The notes beneath the pieces are model-generated. The model was not told the origin of the DNA. It saw only the letters and a list, made by a program, of their open reading frames with translations, and searched no databases. The translations under genes were made by a program, and so were the position numbers. Shown here one piece after another: positions 17,665-27,015 of a stretch of DNA of 32,000 nucleotides. Origin of the DNA: Nitrosopumilus ureiphilus (GTDB taxonomy: Archaea > Thermoproteota > Nitrososphaeria > Nitrososphaerales > Nitrosopumilaceae); the NCBI RefSeq assembly GCF_013407185.1, contig NZ_CP026995.1:591578-623577 (forward strand), in the 5' to 3' direction. Position 1 is the stretch's first letter; each line of letters opens with the position of its first letter.

Positions 17665-17967
17665 ATGAGTCAAGAAGAAACAAAACCTTGGGTACTAGTA
17701 AGTAATGTCAAAAAAGATACGACTTCTCTAGACTTGCAAATGATTGCACCACAAATTACAGCACTTGTGGATGAATGGCAATCAAAGGGAAGAATCATGT
17801 GGTCTGGTGCATTTGATAATGAACAATCATCAATGGCAGTATTTGAGGCAACAGAAAATGAAGCAAAAGAATTTTTCAAAAAATATGAGAATATCTGTTC
17901 TGATATTTTGAATTATTACCTGCACCAATGGGATGCAATGCCAATTTTGTCCGTATTGTCTCGTTGA
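17665..17967 (+). CDS. hypothetical cytoplasmic protein
   Basis: 100-aa ORF with non-repetitive composition. No motif recognised. Confidence 0.5.
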   Translation: MSQEETKPWVLVSNVKKDTTSLDLQMIAPQITALVDEWQSKGRIMWSGAFDNEQSSMAVFEATENEAKEFFKKYENICSDILNYYLHQWDAMPILSVLSR

Positions 17968-17977
17968 TCCAACCATT

Positions 17978-18020
17978 TTTTTATTTTCATGCCTATCTAT
18001 ATCCAATTTGAACCCCAATT
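17978..18020 (+). repeat. short dispersed repeat, copy 1 (tRNA-Glu trailer/T-arm-like)
   Basis: First 22 nt are identical to 21518-21539. Also contains tctatatcc and atttgaaccc, which are exact matches to 30256-30264 and 30290-30299 at the tRNA-Glu locus. Confidence 0.6.
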
Positions 18021-18064
18021 AGGTAGGTGAATCTTCGTGGAGTTGAACTTTTCTAGAGATAGTT

Positions 18065-18119
18065 TACCCTAGACATTAAAATCTAAAACAAAATGTTTTG
18101 AATCTTAATGTGTAGGGTA
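18065..18119. repeat. nested inverted repeat / hairpin
   Basis: taccctagacattaa pairs with ttaatgtgtagggta at 14 of 15 positions. It encloses an inner aaaaca/tgtttt stem. Confidence 0.6.
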
Positions 18120-18153
18120 TTTTTAAAATAATATTTTTTCAGAAAAATTAAAT

Positions 18154-18264
18154 TTATGGAAACGGAGTCTTGATAATTCTATTTGCTACTAACATCATCC
18201 GTGTTACGGGTATTCCATCTCCTACTAAAATTCCAGATAAAACTAAACTATTTCGTTTATCCCT
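18154..18264 (-). pseudogene. degenerate paralog of the small membrane protein at 26780-26890
   Basis: Same 111-nt length and roughly 70% nucleotide similarity by eye. The position of the ATG is AGG here, and a TGA lies just upstream in frame. Confidence 0.4.
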
Positions 18265-18365
18265 ATATCAAACTATTAACTCCATGTTGCAATAGAATTT
18301 AATTGTTATATTTGAAATGAAATTCATTCATTGTTGTTAAAATCATCGTTGAATATATTTTTTCA

Positions 18366-18379
18366 TGTACAATTGTAAA
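18366..18379. promoter_or_regulatory. operator-like site TGTACAATTGTAAA (1 mismatch)
   Basis: Intergenic. An extra TGTAAA half-site lies 10 nt downstream. Confidence 0.45.
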
Positions 18380-18502
18380 ATCAAATTGTAAAGTGAAAAT
18401 CACAATCATACACATATAAAATAAAATACACAGTAAACTCTTTCTTAGATTAATATCTTTTTTTGTATAATTTTAAAATTCATAGTTTTTTTAAATAGTA
18501 AT

Positions 18503-18516
18503 TTTTCATTTGTAAA
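18503..18516. promoter_or_regulatory. operator-like site TTTTCATTTGTAAA (1 mismatch)
   Basis: 9-nt gap, then TTTAATAT (18526-18533). The next tracked ORF starts 134 nt away, at 18650. Confidence 0.5.
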
Positions 18517-18649
18517 GTACTAATGTTTAATATTTATTTTTTTTACAAATTTTGTGGGAAAACAGGTAAAACAAAAAGAATTCAAGATAGAAAAGATTGA
18601 TAATACAAATTTTAAAAAGTAATGATAATTTATTGATTTTACCATTACT

Positions 18650-20329
18650 ATGAACTTAAAACAGCTAAATATCTTTCATGGGAAGTTTTTCCATCTTTGT
18701 TTGTTGGCATTTGGTTCTGGTGCTATAGTTATGTCCATGGAATTAATTATCAGTCGTGTTCTTACGCCTGTTTTTGGTAGTTCTACTTACACGTGGGGTA
18801 GTTTGATAGGTCTGATTTTGACAGGCTTGAGTCTGGGATATTTTCTTGGTGGTAAGATTTCCGACAGAGATCCTACATTTAGAAAAATTTGCTCTGTTGT
18901 ATTTACTGCAGGACTGTACATTGTATTTGTGCCATTTATTGCACCTGCGATATTGGGATTCACATTAAATGACTTGCCTCAAAATCAATTTTCTTCTTTA
19001 TTTGCAACTTTTGCTTTAGTTTTCTTTCCTACAACTTTATTGGGATTTGTTTCTCCTTATGTGATCAAACTTGGTACTGTAACACTTCGTCAAGTTGGAA
19101 ATGTTTCAGGAACTTTGTATTCTATATCTACTGTAGGTAGTATCTTTGGAACCTTTTTGACCATTTTTGTTTTGATTCCAACCCTCGAAGTAAGAATTGT
19201 TCTTTTTGGATTGGGAATTACATTGATGATTGTCTCTTTGTTAGGATTAAAGAATTTGCCTAAAATATTAACAATTGCTGTAATCTTAATTTTGTTTACT
19301 CCTTCATCTTCCATAGTTACAGGTTTGATGCCTCATACTGGAACTGTGATTGTTGAAACAGAAACTGAGTATAGTCATCTTGATGTTGTAGATTCTGATA
19401 ACAAACGAACTCTATATCTTAATGGAATGCGACATAGTCAAATGGACAAAGACAATCCGAATGACCTAACTTTAACGTATACCAAGTATTTTCATTTGGG
19501 GCAATTGTTTAATTCCTCACTCGAAAAAATCTTGTTTGTAGGGGGTGGTGGTTTTTCAGGCCCAAAAAACTTCTTAGACACTTATCCCAATTCCTTTATT
19601 GATGTTGTTGAAATTGATTCTCAAGTTATAGATGTGGCAAAAACCTATTTTTCATTAAAAGATAATTCTAGGTTACAAATTTTCAATGAAGATGCAAGAA
19701 CATTTTTGATGAATTCTGATGATAAATATGATTTAATAATTTTAGATGCTTTTGCTACTGACTATGTTCCATTTCACTTGCTAACACAAGAGTATTTTCA
19801 AATATTACAAGATCATCTTCAACCTGACGGCGTAGTTGTTTCAAACATGATAGGCTCACTTGAAGGAGATACCTCTAATCTGCCTAGTTCCGTATACAAA
19901 ACAATGACTAGTTTATTTCCAACTGTCTATGTTTTTACTACTGCCGAGAACAATCTAAATATTGTACAAAATCTAATTTTTGTAGCTATTAATAATAATG
20001 AACAATTGACTAGAGTTGAACTTGAAAATTTGTCTATACAAAACAATGCTAATAACTTGTTAGCAGATACAAAATATTTGGAAAATTACCATATGTCTGG
20101 AATGAGAACTGATTCTATTCCAATTCTTACTGATAATTTTTCTCCAGTAGAAATTATGATAAATCCTGTTACTAGCCAACCTTTTTTCGATGAAGATTCT
20201 ATATTTTCACAAGACGAATCAAGAATTTGGTTTAGTGAAAGTACTTCAGTAAAAATTGGACTTTTGATTGCAGTCGTATTTACATGGTTAGTATTTTTCA
20301 AAAGTACGTGGAAAAATACTTTGAATTAA
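18650..20329 (+). CDS. membrane-fused spermidine synthase-like (class I SAM-dependent) protein
   Basis: N-terminal multi-TM region, then ILFVGGGGF, VEID, NEDARTF and DLIILDAF motifs of aminopropyl/methyltransferases. C-terminal TM. Confidence 0.78.
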   Translation: MNLKQLNIFHGKFFHLCLLAFGSGAIVMSMELIISRVLTPVFGSSTYTWGSLIGLILTGLSLGYFLGGKISDRDPTFRKICSVVFTAGLYIVFVPFIAPAILGFTLNDLPQNQFSSLFATFALVFFPTTLLGFVSPYVIKLGTVTLRQVGNVSGTLYSISTVGSIFGTFLTIFVLIPTLEVRIVLFGLGITLMIVSLLGLKNLPKILTIAVILILFTPSSSIVTGLMPHTGTVIVETETEYSHLDVVDSDNKRTLYLNGMRHSQMDKDNPNDLTLTYTKYFHLGQLFNSSLEKILFVGGGGFSGPKNFLDTYPNSFIDVVEIDSQVIDVAKTYFSLKDNSRLQIFNEDARTFLMNSDDKYDLIILDAFATDYVPFHLLTQEYFQILQDHLQPDGVVVSNMIGSLEGDTSNLPSSVYKTMTSLFPTVYVFTTAENNLNIVQNLIFVAINNNEQLTRVELENLSIQNNANNLLADTKYLENYHMSGMRTDSIPILTDNFSPVEIMINPVTSQPFFDEDSIFSQDESRIWFSESTSVKIGLLIAVVFTWLVFFKSTWKNTLN

Positions 20330-20357
20330 TGTTTTTCTAAATCAAAAACATAAACGA

Positions 20358-21056
20358 TTATTTTTGTTTAATATGGTTATTCTTTGATTTTACAATTTTT
20401 ACATATGATACAATTTGTAAAACTATGACTATGATACTCATTACAATAAATGGAATTGTGAATGTGCTTTGTGGAGGGACCGATTTGTGAAATGATTCTG
20501 TATAATGCATAAAAAGAAAGTATGCTGTATGGATTGCAACAAGATAAAACACAATGTTTGAACCTGTATGTAGCCACTTCCAAGATGATGCTCCTAACCA
20601 TTTCATGGCCTTGTCTGATGAGGTTAATGCAAGAATTGCAATCCACAAGATTGCTACAAAACCTATCACGTTTGCCAATCCGAACCCTGGCTCCATTCTA
20701 GCAATTCTATCTAATTGTGGAACAAACTCATAACCCAAGAACTTGAGAACATCCCAATTTGCCCATCCATTCACAATTAAGATTCCATGAATTGATGCCA
20801 TAATTGCAAACCATATGCCCGTTTCTCTTCTCCATGAAAGCAAAGAATTCAAACGTGGCCACAATTTACTTAATGGTCCAATTATTAATACCACAAAAAG
20901 TAATGAATAGCCAACATCACCAAATGCACGCCATAATCGCATTTCATCATCCCATTCATAATGTGAAACCCAAAAAATAAACATTAGAAAAATAGCAATA
21001 ATTCCAACCAGTATATGTCGCCTAACAAAATTATTTTTTATTTTAATTTTGTTCAT
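20358..21056 (-). CDS. ferric-reductase-like / MsrQ(YedZ)-like haem-binding membrane protein
   Basis: Six-TM-type profile with conserved-looking His residues in the TMs (MASIHGILIV, VAIHTAYFLFMH). Confidence 0.5.
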   Translation of the reverse strand: MNKIKIKNNFVRRHILVGIIAIFLMFIFWVSHYEWDDEMRLWRAFGDVGYSLLFVVLIIGPLSKLWPRLNSLLSWRRETGIWFAIMASIHGILIVNGWANWDVLKFLGYEFVPQLDRIARMEPGFGLANVIGFVAILWIAILALTSSDKAMKWLGASSWKWLHTGSNIVFYLVAIHTAYFLFMHYTESFHKSVPPQSTFTIPFIVMSIIVIVLQIVSYVKIVKSKNNHIKQK

Positions 21057-21159
21057 TTTTTATTAAAATTTTCATCATGATAAATGACATTCCAGTTGAT
21101 GTTTAGAACCTACATTATTCACAATCACTTTATTTTTTTCTAATACTTAATTTATGTAC

Positions 21160-21173
21160 ATTACAATTGTAAA
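21160..21173. promoter_or_regulatory. operator-like site ATTACAATTGTAAA (1 mismatch)
   Basis: 9-nt gap, then TTAAGTAT (21150-21143) on the minus side. 104 nt from the start codon at 21056. Confidence 0.55.
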
Positions 21174-21201
21174 ATTATAATTTGTTTATCATCATTTATT
21201 T

Positions 21202-21215
21202 TTTTCAAATGTAAA
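21202..21215. promoter_or_regulatory. operator-like site TTTTCAAATGTAAA (1 mismatch)
   Basis: In tandem with the site at 21160; starts are 42 bp apart. Confidence 0.45.
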
Positions 21216-21226
21216 GAATTATTAAT

Positions 21227-21475
21227 TTAATCTTTGTCTTGATGCTCATCATCAAACCAACTTTGTTTTTCTTCTGTACTACCATGTTGATTATAAGCAT
21301 CATCCAAACAACTTTCTAAATCACGACCAGTTGTTTCCATATTGTCAATCTCCTTAGTACATGCATCAATTGCATTTTGTAATCCTTCTGAATCTGAAAA
21401 CTCTTGACCAAAAACTGCCCATAACACAACAACTGAAACAATAATTGTTATTACGATAATAATTATTGGTTTCAT
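21227..21475 (-). CDS. small N-terminally anchored acidic protein
   Basis: N-terminal TM (IIIIVITIIVSVVVLWAV), then an acidic domain with 2 Cys. Confidence 0.5.
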   Translation of the reverse strand: MKPIIIIVITIIVSVVVLWAVFGQEFSDSEGLQNAIDACTKEIDNMETTGRDLESCLDDAYNQHGSTEEKQSWFDDEHQDKD

Positions 21476-21517
21476 GGTTTCACACTTTATTTGAATTTAA
21501 TAAAATGATTACTGTAA

Positions 21518-21560
21518 TTTTTATTTTCATGCCTATCTACATCCATTTTCATCACCAAAT
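21518..21560 (+). repeat. short dispersed repeat, copy 2
   Basis: ttttattttcatgcctatcta is shared exactly with copy 1. atccattttcatc is shared exactly with copy 3. Confidence 0.6.
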
Positions 21561-21891
21561 GCATGCATATTCTCCCTAAAGAGGATCTAAAATGAATAAT
21601 TCTAATTTCTGATAAAGTCACTCATTAAAAGAAACAGTCAATATTTTCTATGTTAAATTATCGTTCAAATTCAAAACTCTGAAATAGGAATTGTTTTTTG
21701 TATAGGGTTCGTCACAATTACAAGCTAATTTTTGTGTTTAAATCATTTTCTTTTTAAAATACATTCATACCACATAATAGAAAATTAACAGCTTTCTGAG
21801 AAGAGGGAGGATCAATAAATAGAAATGATTGGTGTAGGATGAACTACTCTCTTAATTTTTCATACATTTTACTGGATAATTTGTGACATTT

Positions 21892-21943
21892 CTTTTGGTC
21901 TGTCTATATTCCCAAAAGTGTAATAATGCTCCTATCGGATTTT
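21892..21943 (+). repeat. degenerate direct copy of the tRNA-Glu 3' end plus trailer hairpin (att-like remnant)
   Basis: 34 identical positions in about 41 aligned columns against 30254-30294. The hairpin is kept with a different stem: CTTTTGG/CCAAAAG here, GGGGG/CCCCC at the tRNA. Confidence 0.6.
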
Positions 21944-22032
21944 GTCAGATCAGTTAAACACTTCTCACTTTTGTTTATAAAGAAAACTTCATCTTTCCTA
22001 AACCTCTCATTGGTATTTTTACTACGCTAATT

Positions 22033-22473
22033 TTAGAAATATTCTTTTTTAGGACGTTTCTTTTTTTGTTTAGTTAAGAAAAATCCCACACTAATTACTG
22101 GAACCGATAGGACCATAAACAAAATCGGTACATACATGACTACATCTGTAAGATAATTTTCATTAATTTTATCTAACATGGAGTAAGAAACATACATTCC
22201 GATAAACATCATCACACCACCAATCATGATCATACTACCAATTGATTTAGAACCATATTGTTTTGACATGATATATGATACTGCTGCTAAAATCCCAGCT
22301 GGTGCAACTCCAATAGAAATGAATTGAAATATTTTGGGATCTGGTTCAAATACCTGTATAAATTCAATATTTTCAGGTACATAAATCATAAAATTATATA
22401 CAGAAATTATTTCTCCTGCAAACATTACAAATAACCCCATACTGGTTATCGCAAGCCATTTCTCAATTGCCAT
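22033..22473 (-). CDS. four-TM membrane protein, function unknown
   Basis: Hydrophobic 146-aa ORF with a basic C-terminal tail. Confidence 0.6.
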   Translation of the reverse strand: MAIEKWLAITSMGLFVMFAGEIISVYNFMIYVPENIEFIQVFEPDPKIFQFISIGVAPAGILAAVSYIMSKQYGSKSIGSMIMIGGVMMFIGMYVSYSMLDKINENYLTDVVMYVPILFMVLSVPVISVGFFLTKQKKKRPKKEYF

Positions 22474-22544
22474 ATTGCTCGTAGAATTTTATTGACACAT
22501 TAACTCTTTAGAAATAAAACCACTCAAGTATTAATTGATATTAC

Positions 22545-22558
22545 TTTACAATTGTAAA
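22545..22558. promoter_or_regulatory. palindromic operator-like site TTTACAATTGTAAA (perfect)
   Basis: Lies in a divergent region. 9-nt gap, then ATTAATAC (22535-22528) on the minus side. 72 nt from start 22473 and 63 nt from start 22621. Confidence 0.65.
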
Positions 22559-22620
22559 AAATATGATGTTTTTAGAGCAACAATAAATAAAAAACTATTA
22601 CAACGTGAAACTATACATAT

Positions 22621-23157
22621 ATGCAGAAAGATGGATGGCTTCTTACAATCATTATTGCAGTTCTTGTTTTAGGATCTTTACAAATTGGAATTATGTATGA
22701 CTGTTCATTACAAGGAAAAAATTTTAGCTTTTTTGATTGTATTGAAATTATTGAAGAGCCATCATATGTTCAGGATATTGCAACATTATCAATACAATCA
22801 GATAACTCTGTAATTTTAATAAATGTGGAAATTGCAGATGAACTTCAAAAACAAATCAATGGGTTGATGTTTAGACAAAATCTGGATTGGGATTCAGGTA
22901 TGTTGTTCGTGTATGATAGTGAAAAGAAACGATCATTTTGGATGAAGAATACATTGATTTCCTTAGATATGTTGTTTATAGATGAAGACTTTAGAATAAT
23001 CGACATAAAAGAAAATGTACCTCCATGTATAATTGAATCATGTCCAAATTATACTTCTAACATGCCTGCAAAATACGTCTTAGAAGTCAATGGTGGATTT
23101 ACCATGACAAATAATATTGAAATTGGAGATTTGGTAACATGGCATTCTAAAATATAA
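22621..23157 (+). CDS. DUF192 (COG1430)-family protein, exported
   Basis: N-terminal TM. GLMFR...GMLFV...FWMKNTLISLDMLFID pattern typical of DUF192. Confidence 0.8.
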   Translation: MQKDGWLLTIIIAVLVLGSLQIGIMYDCSLQGKNFSFFDCIEIIEEPSYVQDIATLSIQSDNSVILINVEIADELQKQINGLMFRQNLDWDSGMLFVYDSEKKRSFWMKNTLISLDMLFIDEDFRIIDIKENVPPCIIESCPNYTSNMPAKYVLEVNGGFTMTNNIEIGDLVTWHSKI

Positions 23158-23174
23158 AAAAATATACAAGCAAT

Positions 23175-24020
23175 TTATTTTTCCACAGGATTTCCTATCA
23201 TGTTACCCCATTCAGTCCAAGAACCATCATAGTTTCGAACCTGGGGATATCCAAGTAGATATTTTAGGACAAACCAACTGTGAGAAGATCTTTCTCCAAT
23301 TCGGCAATAACAGATTACATCTTTGTCTGGAGTTACACCTTTTGGCTCATAGTTTTGTCGTAGTTCTTCAACTGCTTTGAAGGTTCCATCAGCGTCATTG
23401 ACTGCAGTTGCCCATGGAATATTATTTGCGCCCGGAATATGCCCGCCTCTTTGTGCATGCTCCATCGGATATTCTGGCGGAGCAGTGATTTGACCAGTAA
23501 ACTCTGCAGGCGATCTAACATCAACCATTACAGTGTCTTCTTTGTCTAATGCTCTGCTTACATCAAACAAGTATGCACGTAATCCCTCATCTGGAGGTTG
23601 TGCAACATATGTTGTTGATGGTAATTGTGGTTCATCAGTAGTGTAATCTCTACTTTCTAATTCCCATTTCTTTCGTCCACCATTCATTATTTTGAGATTC
23701 TCATGACCATAGATTTTGAAAACCCAGAAAACAAATGCTGCAAACCAGTTGTTAAAGTCACCATAAAGAATCACTTCAGTGTCAGCAGTAATTCCGTTTT
23801 TAGCCATTAAAGCCTCAAATTGTTTTTTGCTAATGATGTCTCTTGTAACTGGATCATTAATGTCACGTTTCCACCAAATCAGAGTTGCGTCATTAATGTG
23901 ACCTTTTTGATATCCATTAACTGGATCATAATCAACTTCAACTATTTTTCTATGTTCATTTGGGGGATTTTGTGATACCCATTCAGTATCAACTAAAACT
24001 TCAGGATGTGCGTAACTCAT
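23175..24020 (-). CDS. tandem-rhodanese thiosulfate sulfurtransferase
   Basis: Two rhodanese-like halves. Active-site loop CYCRIGERSS in the C-terminal half. Confidence 0.88.
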   Translation of the reverse strand: MSYAHPEVLVDTEWVSQNPPNEHRKIVEVDYDPVNGYQKGHINDATLIWWKRDINDPVTRDIISKKQFEALMAKNGITADTEVILYGDFNNWFAAFVFWVFKIYGHENLKIMNGGRKKWELESRDYTTDEPQLPSTTYVAQPPDEGLRAYLFDVSRALDKEDTVMVDVRSPAEFTGQITAPPEYPMEHAQRGGHIPGANNIPWATAVNDADGTFKAVEELRQNYEPKGVTPDKDVICYCRIGERSSHSWFVLKYLLGYPQVRNYDGSWTEWGNMIGNPVEK

Positions 24021-24057
24021 GATCTAGATAATATTGTGAGATATTTAGTTTATCTAC

Positions 24058-24071
24058 TTTACAATTGAAAA
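24058..24071. promoter_or_regulatory. operator-like site TTTACAATTGAAAA (1 mismatch)
   Basis: 9-nt gap, then CTAAATAT (24048-24041) on the minus side. The rhodanese ATG is 38 nt from the motif edge. The divergent DsbA-like gene starts 94 nt away. Confidence 0.65.
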
Positions 24072-24164
24072 ATTAAAATTCAAAAAGTCTAAGCATTATG
24101 AAATATGTTGTAATGAAATTATTTATTAAAAAAGAAATAATAAGTTCAAAAACTAATTTTTATC

Positions 24165-24809
24165 TTGAAAACATCCATTGTGATAATTTTATTGATAGTT
24201 GCCGGATTTGTAACATATGGTGTTTTTTTCACTCAACCTTATACTTCAGAAATCGTAATTAGTAAAAATTTTGGAACCATCACAACATCATTAGGTTCTC
24301 CATTTTTAGGCTCATCTCAAGCACCTATCACAATAATTGAATTTGGAAATTATCCATGTATTGAGTGTCAAACATGGTTTCAGGAAACTAGGCCTGATAT
24401 AATCAGGGATTATATCAATCAGGGAGAAATCAATATGATCTTTATTGATACACAACTTACAAAAGACATTCCACTTGCATCTTTTGCTTCATACTGTGCT
24501 AATGATCAGAAAAAATACTGGGATTATCATGACGCATTATTTCGTAATGTGCTAGAAAATAAAATAGATGTTAATCACCTAAAACAATATGCTGTGGAAC
24601 TTGGATTGGATATGAAGTTATTTGAAGAATGTCTAGACACTAAAAAATATGAAAAGAAGATAAAATACAGCATATATGAGGCAAAGAAGAATGGGATTAA
24701 TAGACTTCCAACATTCATAATAATGGATTCCAGTGGAAAATATGAAAAAATTTTGGGAGCACAGCCATATTCTATTTTTAAAGAAAAAATAAGATCTATG
24801 CAGGATTAA
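24165..24809 (+). CDS. DsbA-like thiol:disulfide oxidoreductase
   Basis: N-terminal TM and CxxC (FGNYPCIECQTW). TTG start in the track. Clear paralog of 3387-4052. Confidence 0.85.
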   Translation: MKTSIVIILLIVAGFVTYGVFFTQPYTSEIVISKNFGTITTSLGSPFLGSSQAPITIIEFGNYPCIECQTWFQETRPDIIRDYINQGEINMIFIDTQLTKDIPLASFASYCANDQKKYWDYHDALFRNVLENKIDVNHLKQYAVELGLDMKLFEECLDTKKYEKKIKYSIYEAKKNGINRLPTFIIMDSSGKYEKILGAQPYSIFKEKIRSMQD

Positions 24810-24957
24810 TTATAGTCACAATAAACGGATTTACAAAATATGCAATTCATGCATATAAAATTGCTTTGGATATTGTAAAAAATATAATTCAATTTTATAA
24901 TATTTTGTAACTAAGATTAGAACACTTTATGAGTTCCTAGTTCAGGTTTAAACAAGT

Positions 24958-25623
24958 ATGGTTTTACAAAAAATTAATGTGATTTCTTTGTTTACACTTT
25001 TGTTGACGTTGATATTTAGTAGTGATATACTTGCTGAAGAAGAAAAATTTAGAACTCAATCAGTAGACGTGTTTAGTGTTGTTGACAGCTCTATTGGGAT
25101 TATCAAAGATCCCAATACAAAATTAACAATAGTAGATTTAGGATCATTTTATGGAATAGGAGGAAATGGAACAATTCCTGATAAAATAAAATTTTTTAGA
25201 GATAATCATCTTTGGACAACAATAAATAAAGAAACGAGAATTTCACCATCAACATCTCATAGTGAATGGCAAATACCACAAACGTTTTTTTTCAATGAAC
25301 TTCCAGGAACATACAAGCTTATTCTAATAACAAACAACACAGAAACGTTAACCTTTGAATTCATGGTAAAACAAATTACAGAAGAATCTAAAGAAAATTA
25401 TTTAATCAATAATATGAATAATAATTCTATAGAAGAAAATGATGAAAGGCGTTTCCATTCTAAAATGCCTCCTCTAAAACAAATTGCAAATGGAATATCT
25501 TCGATAGATGTAATATGTAAAGAAGACTTGCAACTAGTATTCAAAAATATGGATGATAATCCTGCTTGTGTGAAAACAACAACTGTAGATAAATTAATTG
25601 AACGAGGTTGGGCTAAACTTTAG
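24958..25623 (+). CDS. secreted protein, function unknown
   Basis: Signal peptide. C-terminal two-Cys segment (VICKEDLQLVFK...PACVKTTTVDKLIERGW). Confidence 0.55.
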   Translation: MVLQKINVISLFTLLLTLIFSSDILAEEEKFRTQSVDVFSVVDSSIGIIKDPNTKLTIVDLGSFYGIGGNGTIPDKIKFFRDNHLWTTINKETRISPSTSHSEWQIPQTFFFNELPGTYKLILITNNTETLTFEFMVKQITEESKENYLINNMNNNSIEENDERRFHSKMPPLKQIANGISSIDVICKEDLQLVFKNMDDNPACVKTTTVDKLIERGWAKL

Positions 25624-25862
25624 ACTTGTTTCAAATCGAACTTTTTCTTATTAATGCAGCCTTAAGATAAAAATTTAGGATTTGAACTTCTATGCGTCTT
25701 GAGATTAATCCTCATCTAAGATCATCAATCTTATATTTAATGGGACTTTGTATGTTGTAGACTTGGCCCAAAGCTGATGTCTTCATTGATTGTAATGGGG
25801 TTAATCCTCTATTCCAATTTCTTATTTTATAATATCAACATCCTTTTATTTACCATGTATAG

Positions 25863-26726
25863 ATGATGTGTGTGAGGACATTAGCTTCAATCTTATTGCT
25901 TTTTACAATAATTTCTGTTATCAGTATTTTTCCATCTGCTTTTGCACAAGTCAGCATTACAACAGGGCCTGGTAATTTGAGTACTCCTGGATGTGAGGAA
26001 ACAAATGAATGCTACACTCCAAGTGAACTAATAGTACCTGTTGGTGAAAAAATAATAATGACCAACATTGACACTACAGGAATACACACATTTACTTCTG
26101 GAACCGTAGATGGTTTTTCTCCTAGCTCTGATGGAAAGTTTGATTCTGGAATATTAAACGCAGATCAATCCTTTGAATTTTCTGCAGATGCTGCAGGTGA
26201 ATATCCATACTACTGTATGTTACATACTTGGATGCAAGGTACAATTACAGTACAAGAAGCTATGGCTGAACCTGTACTTCAAATGGCAACTATAGTACAA
26301 CCTGATGAAATGATGGCAGAAATTATTGCTAGTGATGGAGTTGCAAATGAGGCGATGACAATTGATCTTATTATTACCGATCTTGAAGGTAATGGCGTAG
26401 AACACATTACATACAATATCCAGGCAACTCAAGGTTCTGAAATTTTACTAAATGAAGAGGGTCATATGCACAAGGGCACGATTACTAATAATCATGTGAC
26501 TTCTACTTTACCTGTAGATGCGTCAGATGACATGCCTGTTGTAATTAGCGTTGAATCTGTAGGATTTGGACACGATGAACAATATGTGGATTTTTCAAGT
26601 GAGATAACCACAAAACAAGTAGTTCCAGAATTTGGTACCATAGTAATGATGATTCTCGTAGTTGCAATAGTTAGTATGGTTGCAGTAACTACAAAGTCTA
26701 AACTCAGCATCATGCCAAGAATTTAG
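25863..26726 (+). CDS. cupredoxin-domain protein with PEFG-CTERM sorting signal
   Basis: GIHTFTSG ... YYCMLHTWMQGTITV (H, C, H, M ligands). C-terminal VPEFG followed by a hydrophobic helix and a basic tail. Confidence 0.88.
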   Translation: MMCVRTLASILLLFTIISVISIFPSAFAQVSITTGPGNLSTPGCEETNECYTPSELIVPVGEKIIMTNIDTTGIHTFTSGTVDGFSPSSDGKFDSGILNADQSFEFSADAAGEYPYYCMLHTWMQGTITVQEAMAEPVLQMATIVQPDEMMAEIIASDGVANEAMTIDLIITDLEGNGVEHITYNIQATQGSEILLNEEGHMHKGTITNNHVTSTLPVDASDDMPVVISVESVGFGHDEQYVDFSSEITTKQVVPEFGTIVMMILVVAIVSMVAVTTKSKLSIMPRI

Positions 26727-26779
26727 ATAACTTCTGTTACTTTTCTAAAAATATGTTGCATCATAAACAAAAGTCTAAT

Positions 26780-26890
26780 CTATGAAAATGGAGTTTTGAT
26801 TATTCCATTTGCCACTAGAAACATCAATGCTACTGGAACGCCAGTTCCTATTAAAATTCCAACTAAAACCAAACCATCTTTTTTATCCAT
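26780..26890 (-). CDS. 36-aa single-TM membrane peptide (not in ORF track)
   Basis: Hand translation: MDKKDGLVLVGILIGTGVPVALMFLVANGIIKTPFS. A perfect operator site lies 46 nt upstream. A degenerate paralog is at 18154-18264. Confidence 0.5.
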   Translation of the reverse strand: MDKKDGLVLVGILIGTGVPVALMFLVANGIIKTPFS

Positions 26891-26935
26891 TATCCATCAA
26901 AAATACGTTCTCTATTCTTTGTTTAATACTTTCGA

Positions 26936-26949
26936 TTTACATTTGTAAA
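26936..26949. promoter_or_regulatory. palindromic operator-like site TTTACATTTGTAAA (perfect)
   Basis: 9-nt gap, then TTAAACAA (26926-26919) on the minus side. 46 nt from the small-ORF ATG at 26890. Confidence 0.65.
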
Positions 26950-27015
26950 TCTAAAAAAAATTATTCCTGAAAATTATTCAAATCCATGGGAGTTGAATCT
27001 TAGAAAAATTATTTT

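Noticed and set aside
20385-20425. Cluster of TTTACA/TGTAAA half-sites inside the 3' end of the ferric-reductase-like gene.
   Set aside because: The half-sites have the wrong spacing (3 nt or none), lie within coding sequence, and have no TATA-like box at the 9-nt offset.
24820-24890. Separated TTTACA and TGTAAA half-sites, and an ATATGCA/TGCATAT mini-hairpin, upstream of 24958.
   Set aside because: The half-sites are about 45 nt apart, so this is not the 14-bp motif. A 7-bp stem in AT-rich DNA is not distinctive.
25676-25715. Another possible tRNA-Glu fragment (aggatttgaac...cttgaga).
   Set aside because: Only two short blocks (10 and 7 nt) match, with poor alignment between them. This is too weak to call without a statistical search.
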